A DNA stretch of 64,000 bases from IMG/VR virus record IMGVR_UViG_3300025038_000006; one strand, written 5' to 3'. The DNA is from an uncultured virus (IMG/VR IMGVR_UViG_3300025038_000006) (Duplodnaviria > Heunggongvirae > Uroviricota > Caudoviricetes). The position numbers and the translations under genes were made by a program. Under the pieces are notes generated by a model that worked only from the letters and a program-made list of their open reading frames with translations, had not been told where the DNA came from and ran no database searches. Below are positions 18,845 through 27,515 of the stretch, piece after piece; position 1 is the first letter of the stretch, and every line of letters begins with the position of its first letter.

Positions 18845-19516
18845 TTATGTTGGTCCAGAAGTTGAGCTGCCACCACTTCTAACACCGCCGTGAACGTGGC
18901 CTTTTAGTGATATACCGCCACCAACTACGTCATTACTTGCTGACATAGTGCCTTGAGTTGAGATATTACCCCTAGCCACCATGGTTCCGTCGGCTGTAAC
19001 ACCACCACTGGCTGATATATTGCTGCTAGTTGAGACATTACCCTTAACAGACATGGTGCCCGATGTGCTTTGGTTGCCAGTATGGTTAATTTGAGCCTTA
19101 ACATTCATGTTATCGGCCGTTATAGATACTGTACTTGCGTCAATGGTCACGCTTTGGGCCTGCATTTGTATTAGATCTTTTGCTGTCAAAGTAATACGAG
19201 CTTTTGCCAGCAATTCAATGTTTTGCTGCCTTATGCGGCGAACATCAACAACCGCCTGGCCACCGCCATGACGACGGTAAAAAGCAATTACTGGCATTGA
19301 GGTGTCGCCTTGTTCAAAGAAAACCCATACATCGGCACCTGGTAGTAATTCACGCTCGGTATCAAGATCATCATCACCGATTGGATAAGCCACCATAGCT
19401 GTAATGCCTTCGGGTACCCCATCGGTCAAGCCAGCTATTGTCACATTAGCCGTCCGATTCGCCTTGTCATAAGAAACAAGCTTGGCTGGGTGAAAATATG
19501 GTGATATTACGCTCAT
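18845..19516 (-). CDS. Baseplate spike protein (gpV-like)
   Basis: OB-fold-type GADVWVFFEQGD...PVI, beta-helix repeats and ISLKGHVHGGV apex motif; ATG overlaps the upstream stop. Confidence 0.88.
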   Translation of the reverse strand: MSVISPYFHPAKLVSYDKANRTANVTIAGLTDGVPEGITAMVAYPIGDDDLDTERELLPGADVWVFFEQGDTSMPVIAFYRRHGGGQAVVDVRRIRQQNIELLAKARITLTAKDLIQMQAQSVTIDASTVSITADNMNVKAQINHTGNQSTSGTMSVKGNVSTSSNISASGGVTADGTMVARGNISTQGTMSASNDVVGGGISLKGHVHGGVRSGGSSTSGPT

Positions 19517-20424
19517 TTTTCGCCCTCCAATTGTGCAAGCCAAGCTTGAGTGGCCATTATCGGCCTGCCACCTAAAGCCCCGGTGTCATAGCGATGGGCT
19601 GCTGTTAGAACCACCAAATTGTCTTGGCTAAGCCCATCATCAATAGTGATTAACCTGCCAGCTGTTATTTGATCATCAAGCTGTCTCACCATTTTGGCCC
19701 TAGTTACTAAAATGCGACGTAAGTTTTGTAATTCTCTGGCATCCGCCCGAGGGTAATAACCGATTTGCTTGTTGCTAAATGGTGCCCCTAAAATATCCGA
19801 TCCGTTGTCATCAATTGATAAGAAGTTGGTATTGCCATGTGATAACACATGAGGACTATCTATCCACTGTAAAGCGCTACGATCGTAAACTGCTGCCTCA
19901 CCTTTGAATAAGTCATTAATCCTCACAACAGACATGCCGCCGTCTCTATATAACGATACGGCCGCCTCTTTTTGTAAGGCGATTGCTATTCTTTTTGTCG
20001 GTAGCTGGCCTTTTAAGCATATAAATTGATTTAACTTGATATCGTTTTCAAGCCTAATCTTTGCACCCAAGCCACGATAAACCTCGTTAAAGCTTGTATT
20101 GTTTAATGAGGTAGCCCTACTAGCTACGCTTAGCAGCGGCTCGCAACCAGACAATACAGCAATAATAATTAATCCGCCCACACGCTTGCCTGCTTTAACC
20201 GCTTGCATGTTTATATGCTGCGATTTAACGATCGTTAAGCTGGTACCCTCTCCAGCAATCAGCTTATCGCCTATCTTTAACAGCTCTCTTAGCTCGTCAG
20301 TAGCCTTAACTACCAGCTCAAGAGACACGGGGACTGGTACCAAGTCAGTACGATAAATCGCACTGATTAAATCTCCCCCGCCGATAGTTGAGCCGTCTGA
20401 TAAAACTATTTTCACTTCCACCAA
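19513..20424 (-). CDS. Putative baseplate hub protein
   Basis: Directly upstream of the spike gene; RTDLVPVPVSLEL N-terminus; size fits a hub protein. Confidence 0.55.
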   Translation of the reverse strand: MVEVKIVLSDGSTIGGGDLISAIYRTDLVPVPVSLELVVKATDELRELLKIGDKLIAGEGTSLTIVKSQHINMQAVKAGKRVGGLIIIAVLSGCEPLLSVASRATSLNNTSFNEVYRGLGAKIRLENDIKLNQFICLKGQLPTKRIAIALQKEAAVSLYRDGGMSVVRINDLFKGEAAVYDRSALQWIDSPHVLSHGNTNFLSIDDNGSDILGAPFSNKQIGYYPRADARELQNLRRILVTRAKMVRQLDDQITAGRLITIDDGLSQDNLVVLTAAHRYDTGALGGRPIMATQAWLAQLEGEK

Positions 20425-20930
20425 CCGTTATAGTTAATTTCAATACTTTGCAAGCTATTAAACGTGCTATTGCCTTGCTTAGCCTCAAGATCGGCCGTGC
20501 TATCAACGCTAAAAGGGTGTGTATTAAACGCCTCCCTTTTCATTTCCATCATAGCTTCCCTATGATTTTGGTAGGCCTCGCTTGAGCTCATGCCAACTGG
20601 CTGAACCCCTAAGTTTTGTGCACCTTCCATACGCTTAGCCTGCATAAGGTCGCACCTAGCCACAACAACAGGCCTAATAATGCTCCATTCGTCGTTGTAG
20701 ATGTTGAGCGTATTATCAATAAGCAATGAGTAAGTATCATCGCTATCATCAAGCTCATAAGCACGAAACGCACCGCCCCACGCCAAGTAGTCACGGCAAA
20801 TATCAATAACAATGCGTTCTACATCACTTTCAAGAAGTGAGTAGCCTGTGGTATACAACTCTTCATAAAATCGAGTGGCGATACTTTTGATATCGCCCTC
20901 GATATAGCTATCTTGTCTGCTAGTAAACAT
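20412..20930 (-). CDS. Virion morphogenesis protein (possible head-tail adaptor)
   Basis: Helical 172-aa protein between the tube and hub genes; tightly coupled. Confidence 0.35.
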   Translation of the reverse strand: MFTSRQDSYIEGDIKSIATRFYEELYTTGYSLLESDVERIVIDICRDYLAWGGAFRAYELDDSDDTYSLLIDNTLNIYNDEWSIIRPVVVARCDLMQAKRMEGAQNLGVQPVGMSSSEAYQNHREAMMEMKREAFNTHPFSVDSTADLEAKQGNSTFNSLQSIEINYNGWWK

Positions 20931-20941
20931 AGCCGCTTACC

Positions 20942-21562
20942 TTAACCAAAGATAGTTGTACCACCAATGGTAGAAACTGGTTTATAGCCACCAAAAGCGT
21001 TTAGTGCGTTGGTTAACAAGCCAGCCAGTTTGTTAGCAGTGCCAGCACCGATATCACCAGTTTGGCCAAAGTAGTTATAACGACAAGTTACCTGAACTTG
21101 CAGGATTTGGCTGCGGCTTGCTGAATCAATCTCACCACCACCGTCTGGGAAAGTGATCGCACAGTCTTTAAGCAAGTATTCAGTCTTACCTTTAATCTCA
21201 TTACCATCGGTAGCGAACCCATCATAAACACGTACTAACGGGATTTCGCCATTGTGTTTAATAACGATATCTTCTGCAAACTTGGCAATGGTGCCTGATT
21301 CGGTTTCAATCATGGTCCACTGGCCTTCAAAGTTTGTTTTAGGCGGCGCTGTAACGTGGGCCTGGAAACCATAGGCATAATCTGCGTCGGCTGGCTCGTG
21401 GTTGGTGATCATTGGACGCTGGAAGTTTTGAATAAGGATATAAAGGTTTTCGTAACCTTCTGGCTTACAAATTGCGTTACAAGCAAGCATGGCTGAACCC
21501 AAAGACTTGGCCAGCTCATGCATTTGTGAGTATGCTTGCAAGGTAGGTGAAGAACTTTTCAT
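20942..21562 (-). CDS. Putative tail tube protein
   Basis: First gene of a late unit; ILIQNFQRP...WTMIETESG...EIDSASRSQILQV...YNYFG resembles P1-like tube proteins; start reassigned to ATG 21562. Confidence 0.6.
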   Translation of the reverse strand: MKSSSPTLQAYSQMHELAKSLGSAMLACNAICKPEGYENLYILIQNFQRPMITNHEPADADYAYGFQAHVTAPPKTNFEGQWTMIETESGTIAKFAEDIVIKHNGEIPLVRVYDGFATDGNEIKGKTEYLLKDCAITFPDGGGEIDSASRSQILQVQVTCRYNYFGQTGDIGAGTANKLAGLLTNALNAFGGYKPVSTIGGTTIFG

Positions 21563-21597
21563 GGAAATAACCCTAATCAATAATAAGTGATAGGATT

Positions 21598-21637
21598 ATT
21601 TTGAGGTATAAAGGCATTTGGCTTTTAGGGGTGTTCC
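21598..21637 (-). promoter_or_regulatory. Late promoter cassette 3: GGAACAC-N27-CAAAAT
   Basis: GTGTTCC 21631-21637; ATTTTG 21598-21603; imperfect inverted repeat AATAACCCTAATCA/TGATAGGATTATT. Confidence 0.8.
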
Positions 21638-21639
21638 AC

Positions 21640-22275
21640 CTAAAAAGGCGATAGATAAGCCACATGATAGCGATAACCGCCAACTGCGACAGCTACATCC
21701 ACTTGGCCAAATTCGTTAGAAACAGCAATTTCTGGCACGATATGCCACGGAACCAGCTTTTCTAAAACAGGGGCAATGTCTGAAATATCGCTATTATTAT
21801 CATCAAGGGTTAACGCGATACGTACACGGCTAGTCAAAAATGAGCCTGGCATCTCTTTTTCACTTACTGCTACTGGGTAAGAGTTTGCCAGCTCTTTTGA
21901 GTGCCAAAGTCTTAGAACCCTGTTATTACCTGGGAATAACATATCTAGGACGAACTGCAAAAAAGCCAAGCCACGGCCACTGGCCATAGCCTGCCAGCTA
22001 GACAAAATCATGGCCATAATATCAGTTGATAGCCCGTCTGCATCCTGCCTCAGGATAACCAAGCCATTAAGCTTGCTGAATCGTTCGATAACAACAGGAC
22101 TACTTTCAAGCCATGGGGTACCATAACTATTCATATCTACCAAGTTTTCAAGCTCATATTCTTTGATTAGCTTGGTAAAGATGCCAGAAATCGCCTCATC
22201 GAGCTCATTTGCCTTATGGCTTTCTTGTACTGTTCTAGTAAAGTCGGTAGCTTGTAAGTTGCTTGTTTTACCCAT
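21640..22275 (-). CDS. Baseplate wedge protein (gpI-like position)
   Basis: Follows the J-like gene; RGLAFLQFVL...LTSRVRI...LEKLVPWH. Confidence 0.6.
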   Translation of the reverse strand: MGKTSNLQATDFTRTVQESHKANELDEAISGIFTKLIKEYELENLVDMNSYGTPWLESSPVVIERFSKLNGLVILRQDADGLSTDIMAMILSSWQAMASGRGLAFLQFVLDMLFPGNNRVLRLWHSKELANSYPVAVSEKEMPGSFLTSRVRIALTLDDNNSDISDIAPVLEKLVPWHIVPEIAVSNEFGQVDVAVAVGGYRYHVAYLSPF

Positions 22276-22276
22276 T

Positions 22277-23749
22277 TTACAAAGTCCAAATGGCTGTGCC
22301 AGTATCGGCCGTTCTTGTCATATTGATAGTGATGCTATCTTCTGTAATATAGGCCCATTCATGCGGTTTAATAGGATTTTCAGCGGTATCTTCTGTTAAT
22401 ACAGAAAAATCACTAATACGGTCCTGGAAGGCTGTAATATCACTTCTGATCTTAATGGCAATCTCTTGTTTGTTAAAGCCGTCTGGGTTGTGATAGCTGG
22501 AAGACAGCGAGCCCTTACCAAAGTTTTCAAGCAGCAACTCTTTAATTTGAGTCTTCACTGAGTCCATATCATGCACCGAAGCCAAACGGCCAGCAATGGT
22601 GATTTTATAAGGTCTTTCTTTAACCTCTTTAATGTAAACCTTGCCATCTAACAGCGTATCAGCATTGGCCACCAGCTTTTTAATATCTTCTACCAGCGCC
22701 TTTTGCTCAATCTTGTTTTTAGCTACCACGGTTAAAAACAGATGGTTAATTGCGTCTAACGAAGCTCCATAGTGCTTCTCATTGATCGTTTCATTCCAAA
22801 TGGCCATGTAATCAAACCGCTGCATAAAGTGCTTTCTAACCAGAAAGTCAAAGTTACCCATGAAAACGGCGTTATGGTCATACATTGACGGGTAGCTGGC
22901 AAGTAGTCGCATTTGAGCCACACTTAACGGATCTGCACCAGCTCGCACAAGCTCGCCAGCCTTAAAGTACATATTGAGCTTACTTTCTTCTGTGGCATAT
23001 ATCTCGCTCAAGGCTGCACTGCTTAGGCTTGTTTGATCAACATATCCATAGCTTTGGGTGATTGCGATCTCGAAAGTATCGCCAGCTTGAACCGTTGCCC
23101 CTGCACGTTCAGAATCACCAAAAACAATGGTTATATCCTCAAGGTTATGGCTCTGCAAGGTATAAACAGACTGACCAACTCCAGCGTTCATAAATTTTGG
23201 TGTGTATTGATAGGTAACGCCTAGGGTGGCGTTAACAACCGATAAGCCTGAAAAGTAAGCCCCATCGGTCGTTGATATATCCAAGCGATAAAACGACTCG
23301 CTAACAGGTATAGTCGTTTCAATGTAGTTTATGGTGCTTTGCTCTGCCAAAACCTTTTTAGTCTCACCTTCTGCTAATGTGATTGAGGACATAAGCCGCC
23401 ATTGTCTGCCGGTACCATCTTCAATTAAGCGGCCCTGGCTTAAACTCACCTTTTCAGAACCATTGTTTTCAATGGTCAGCATGTGCTGGCAAGGTGTGGC
23501 AACTGGCAATATACCCTTGTTAATTGCGTCTGCAATGATGGTACTTTGCTTAGACTTGATAAATGGCTCTGTGATGTTAACTGCGTTGTCACGTGATAGC
23601 CACAATACAGTTTCCACGATAGAGGTCATCATAGCTCTTACCGTGGGGTCGCCAGCTCGCCAGCGTTCTGCAACTTCTGGGTAGTCGTTTAAATGACTGT
23701 CTATGCTTGATAGTATCTTTCTTCTTAACTGGTTACTTGGCACTGACAT
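22277..23749 (-). CDS. Baseplate wedge protein (gpJ/BplA-like)
   Basis: 490 aa; STIIADAINKG, IVFGDSERAG and GADPLSVAQMR motifs. Confidence 0.75.
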   Translation of the reverse strand: MSVPSNQLRRKILSSIDSHLNDYPEVAERWRAGDPTVRAMMTSIVETVLWLSRDNAVNITEPFIKSKQSTIIADAINKGILPVATPCQHMLTIENNGSEKVSLSQGRLIEDGTGRQWRLMSSITLAEGETKKVLAEQSTINYIETTIPVSESFYRLDISTTDGAYFSGLSVVNATLGVTYQYTPKFMNAGVGQSVYTLQSHNLEDITIVFGDSERAGATVQAGDTFEIAITQSYGYVDQTSLSSAALSEIYATEESKLNMYFKAGELVRAGADPLSVAQMRLLASYPSMYDHNAVFMGNFDFLVRKHFMQRFDYMAIWNETINEKHYGASLDAINHLFLTVVAKNKIEQKALVEDIKKLVANADTLLDGKVYIKEVKERPYKITIAGRLASVHDMDSVKTQIKELLLENFGKGSLSSSYHNPDGFNKQEIAIKIRSDITAFQDRISDFSVLTEDTAENPIKPHEWAYITEDSITINMTRTADTGTAIWTL

Positions 23750-24062
23750 TGTAGTAATCCTGGTCGATATCGGTTATTGGGTTATCATTCAATTGAATAT
23801 CGATATTGCCAATAGATAAGACAACGTTAATCTTGTCAAATCCTACTGTTTCAACAGATATACTCAACTGCTCTTCATCTAATGTACCTATTATCGGTAT
23901 ATCGGCCCTAAGCTTTCTCAAAAAATCATCCGCCGTATCAGCTGATAATTCTTTTAATAACATGGCCTTGGCATCGGCACCGTAGCCTTGAGCAAAATAA
24001 CCATTAGGCGGCGTGTCCAACCAATGAATAATCATTTGTCTAATGTGTTCAGCGGTAATCAC
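23733..24062 (-). CDS. Baseplate gpW/gp25-like protein
   Basis: HWLDTPPNGYFAQGYG N-terminus; upstream of the J-like gene. Confidence 0.65.
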   Translation of the reverse strand: MITAEHIRQMIIHWLDTPPNGYFAQGYGADAKAMLLKELSADTADDFLRKLRADIPIIGTLDEEQLSISVETVGFDKINVVLSIGNIDIQLNDNPITDIDQDYYNVSAK

Positions 24063-24499
24063 TTAATACGCACCTCTGATAGCGGGGTGTTAGGGCCTGG
24101 CAGTTTGAATTTAGCCCTAGTCTTTTTGGCGGTGCTGATAAGCTTTGAGGCATCAACAAATCTTGAGTTTTTAACGCAAATTAATAACATATCAAGCCAT
24201 ACAAAAGACGATCCTAGAATGGCCATAATAACCAGCAAGCCAGCACCGCCAACGCCCCATGACTGCGATATAACCATGACAGCATAAAAACGCCACAATA
24301 AGAACATAAGCAATATTAAAAGCGGCACGCTCAACAATACAGATTGACGCAAGGTTTGACCGATAGCCACGGCCAATGTATTGCTATCAATAACCTTATT
24401 GAGTAGCTTTAATCTGCTAAGGATATCCACATACAAGTAAAACATCATAATCATTAACATGCCGCTTAAAAAAAAGTCTACTATATAGGCGTTTTGCAT
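24059..24499 (-). CDS. Hypothetical membrane protein
   Basis: Three hydrophobic segments and a basic C-terminus. Confidence 0.55.
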   Translation of the reverse strand: MQNAYIVDFFLSGMLMIMMFYLYVDILSRLKLLNKVIDSNTLAVAIGQTLRQSVLLSVPLLILLMFLLWRFYAVMVISQSWGVGGAGLLVIMAILGSSFVWLDMLLICVKNSRFVDASKLISTAKKTRAKFKLPGPNTPLSEVRIK

Positions 24500-24508
24500 A
24501 TCACTACC

Positions 24509-25048
24509 TTACGCTGCGTTCTGCTCTTTTACTTTCTCTAATTGGATCTCAAGGTCTTGTTTTTCTTTACCCTTAACTTCAATCACCTTGTCTAATTCTG
24601 CGGCCTCTTCTAACAGTAATTTTAACGTTTGGGCTTTGTTGGCTGGCGCTCTATTACGCTTGGTTCTAGTTACCTGGGCGCGAGCTCGTCGGGCACTAAA
24701 TCCCTTTTGGCCCTGGCTAACAAGTTTAGCGATCTCGTCAACTGATGCGTTGAATGACGGCTTATAAGAGTTATCAAAGTCACCCATAGTCGGCTGTGTC
24801 TTGCTGTTGATATCAATACGGAAGATATCTAGGCCGTCTGGCTGATCTGATTCAGGGGCTTCTCGAATATAAAGCTTTACAACCTGGCCACCGTCTAAAG
24901 CGATATGAACAGGCCTCGCACTGGCACCAGACACCCTTGATACTCTTAAAACATCAACAACAACAACTTGCTGCCTGGTTGTTTTGGCTAAACGCTTAAC
25001 GAAGTCGCTGACAAGCGATGTTTTTTGTGTAATCTCTGATAGTTTCAT
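24509..25048 (-). CDS. Hdf-like (DarA-fragment homolog) protein
   Basis: RVSGASARPVHIALDGGQVVKL...DIFRIDINSK parallels the DarA N-domain pattern, followed by a coiled coil. Confidence 0.6.
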   Translation of the reverse strand: MKLSEITQKTSLVSDFVKRLAKTTRQQVVVVDVLRVSRVSGASARPVHIALDGGQVVKLYIREAPESDQPDGLDIFRIDINSKTQPTMGDFDNSYKPSFNASVDEIAKLVSQGQKGFSARRARAQVTRTKRNRAPANKAQTLKLLLEEAAELDKVIEVKGKEKQDLEIQLEKVKEQNAA

Positions 25049-25085
25049 GAAAAAATAACCCCAAACAAATTAAATGATTGGGGTT

Positions 25086-25125
25086 ATTATCGCTTGCTGT
25101 TAGCTGTGATTAGTTGGGGTGTTCC
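25086..25125 (-). promoter_or_regulatory. Late promoter cassette 4: GGAACAC-N27-GATAAT
   Basis: GTGTTCC 25119-25125; ATTATC 25086-25091; inverted repeat 25054-25064/25078-25088. Confidence 0.8.
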
Positions 25126-25131
25126 AACAAA

Positions 25132-26031
25132 TTACATGCCAACACTACGGCGGTAGTGGCTTGCTTTTAGGCCGCGACGCATATTGCGTGCTTTTTGTGG
25201 ATCAATGTTATAGATATTACGTTGCAATCCTTTAGCAAATGACCTCATACGTTTTTTAACTGCGGTACCCGTTACAGACTTTTTGCGAGCTTTTTTAAGG
25301 GCCGCTTTTTGGGCTGCACTCAAGCGGACGTTGCCACCAATACGCTTGTTAACAACCTTGATTTTACCGTCACGAACCGCTTTAACTGCCTTGTAAGTAA
25401 CAGTCTTATTACCTACTTTGCGGCGTGTCTTGCGGCCAACTGTTAATGGCTTTTTGGCTGCGTCGTACATATCTTCATCGTCTTCTTCTTTCATCATTGC
25501 GTCATAGGTGTCTTCGTCACCGTATGCAAAGATTGAAATAAAGTCGTCTAGCTCGTCGTCTGCTGGCATGTTCTCTAAGATGATTTCTGACGCTGTTTCA
25601 ATAGCTGCATCTGCAATATCAACATCGCCATCAAACACATCATTAATCAAATCTTCATCAACACCCAAAGTACTCATAGCGTCTGCAATATGCGCTGATA
25701 GGATAGTCTTAACAGTTGAGTCGATTTCATCATCATCATCGTCTGGGTCCTCAACAAACGCCTCAAGAATTAGGCTATCAAGAAGCTCGCTTGGTAGTAA
25801 TTCTTGGTCCTCAAAGTCAACCTCTGACATGATGCCTGCCAGCATAAATGCTACTTGCAGTGCTGCTAAACGCATTTGAGTTGTGGCATGCGTGGCAATG
25901 CGCTCATCAATTGGGTCAAACTCAATAGATTCTGCGGCTTGCTTGGCACTATTAGTAGCGTCAAATTGTGACTCTTGACGCTCTAACATGCGATCCTGGT
26001 TACGCTCGATAATATGGCTTGATACTAACAT
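25132..26031 (-). CDS. Putative prohead core/internal head protein (acidic N-terminal part, very basic C-terminal part)
   Basis: D/E-rich first two thirds, K/R-rich last third (LSAAQKAALKKARKK). Confidence 0.5.
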   Translation of the reverse strand: MLVSSHIIERNQDRMLERQESQFDATNSAKQAAESIEFDPIDERIATHATTQMRLAALQVAFMLAGIMSEVDFEDQELLPSELLDSLILEAFVEDPDDDDDEIDSTVKTILSAHIADAMSTLGVDEDLINDVFDGDVDIADAAIETASEIILENMPADDELDDFISIFAYGDEDTYDAMMKEEDDEDMYDAAKKPLTVGRKTRRKVGNKTVTYKAVKAVRDGKIKVVNKRIGGNVRLSAAQKAALKKARKKSVTGTAVKKRMRSFAKGLQRNIYNIDPQKARNMRRGLKASHYRRSVGM

Positions 26032-26070
26032 TAGTTGGTTTTCCTTTTTTACGCTAACAAAGTGACGTTA

Positions 26071-27444
26071 TTACTTGGTGATTGTGGTTTCAAAGTAAAC
26101 TTGTCGAGCACAACCCTCTGGGCGTTTAACAAGTCTGATATCAACCTTCTCAAATGGATTGTCTGATCTTGGCGCAACTTCTAGACCGTAAAGCTTGCCT
26201 GATAGCTCTGCAACTGGTTGCAATAAGCCCGCTGAACTACAAGCGTTCAAGAAGCGACGGATTTCTGCGTCTGCATCGTTCACATAGCTGGCCATACCTT
26301 TGAGAAGGTGCTTTTTAGCAATGCTAACTACTGCGTTATCAACGTAAGTTGTGATTTCAGATGCGTTGATTAAGCGTAAAGCGCTTGTTTTGCTATCGTA
26401 CTGAGTTAAAGCATCACCATAAATCCAGCGATCGCCTGCATCGAAACGCTCGTTTAAGACCACGTTCACGCCAGCAGCCGCTAGGGCGTTTTGAGCCTCT
26501 TCATCAAGGCTGACGTTTGGTAACACTTCCATATCACGGAAGCTAACGGGAAAGTCGTAACCAGCAACAGGACGGTTAACAGGCGGGATACCAGACGCAT
26601 TGGTAAGGGCGTTACGAACAAGCAATTGGCCTAGGTAATCACCGACACAAGGGCGCCATTTTTTACGTGATAGTACGCTTGCGCTGTTTGAAGGGCGTGA
26701 TACGTTCGGGTTCCAGAATATCCAAAAACGATGGTCTTTAATGTTAATTGAGTCAGCAAGTGCCGCGGCTGCCACCCAGTCATTAATATTGCCTAAATCT
26801 AGCAGTACGTGACAGTTAAGCTTATCCATAACTTTGGTTGTAGCTTCAATAGTTGGCATATCGTCAGTTGAGCAAACAACGATATAGCGTGGGCGTTCAC
26901 GCATATCAAGTAGGCTACGTGTAATCTGTTCTGGTGTTGACTCAACAACCTTGCTGGCTGGCACGTCAACCACAATTTCAGCTTTACGGTAAGTGCCATG
27001 ATCTTTTAAGGCTTTAACGGCTTTTAGGGCTGAAACGACTTGAGTAGCATTGGTCTTAGAATACGTGGTTTCTACTTGCTCAAAGAAGTCATTGCTGCTA
27101 TCTAGCGCACCATGGAAGTCAAGCTTTTGACTGATATATGAGAAGTCATTAGGATAGTTGTTTTCAAGCTCGTCTGCGCCACCGCCGGTATATAGACGGC
27201 CTTGCAGTGATGTGATCTTGCTATCATCAACCTTATCTGCAAATGTAATGTCAAATAACAGGTTGTTTAACGGATCAGCTGCGTTAGTTGGTGTCTTATC
27301 ATCAACTACTTGTATCTTGGCTACGACGTTGTTATCAAAGCCGTATTCAGTAACAAGCTCGATAGTTGCTAATGCCTTACTTTCCTTGCTATTGGTGATA
27401 GTAACGGAAGTAGGCAGGATATTAATAAACAGTTGAGTTGCCAT
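26071..27444 (-). CDS. Contractile tail sheath protein (appears to lack the usual N-terminal module)
   Basis: NRPVAGYDF, LAAAGVNVV, IYGDALT...SALRLIN and RPEGCARQVYF sheath C-terminal pattern. Confidence 0.8.
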   Translation of the reverse strand: MATQLFINILPTSVTITNSKESKALATIELVTEYGFDNNVVAKIQVVDDKTPTNAADPLNNLLFDITFADKVDDSKITSLQGRLYTGGGADELENNYPNDFSYISQKLDFHGALDSSNDFFEQVETTYSKTNATQVVSALKAVKALKDHGTYRKAEIVVDVPASKVVESTPEQITRSLLDMRERPRYIVVCSTDDMPTIEATTKVMDKLNCHVLLDLGNINDWVAAAALADSINIKDHRFWIFWNPNVSRPSNSASVLSRKKWRPCVGDYLGQLLVRNALTNASGIPPVNRPVAGYDFPVSFRDMEVLPNVSLDEEAQNALAAAGVNVVLNERFDAGDRWIYGDALTQYDSKTSALRLINASEITTYVDNAVVSIAKKHLLKGMASYVNDADAEIRRFLNACSSAGLLQPVAELSGKLYGLEVAPRSDNPFEKVDIRLVKRPEGCARQVYFETTITK

Positions 27445-27475
27445 AAAAAATGCCTATATTGGTGAATATAGGCAT

Positions 27476-27515
27476 AGTATAGAGTTGGGCTAACAGTATT
27501 GTTTAGGGGTGTTCC
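27476..27515 (-). promoter_or_regulatory. Late promoter cassette 5: GGAACAC-N27-TATACT
   Basis: GTGTTCC 27509-27515; AGTATA 27476-27481; inverted repeat 27450-27460/27465-27475. Confidence 0.8.
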
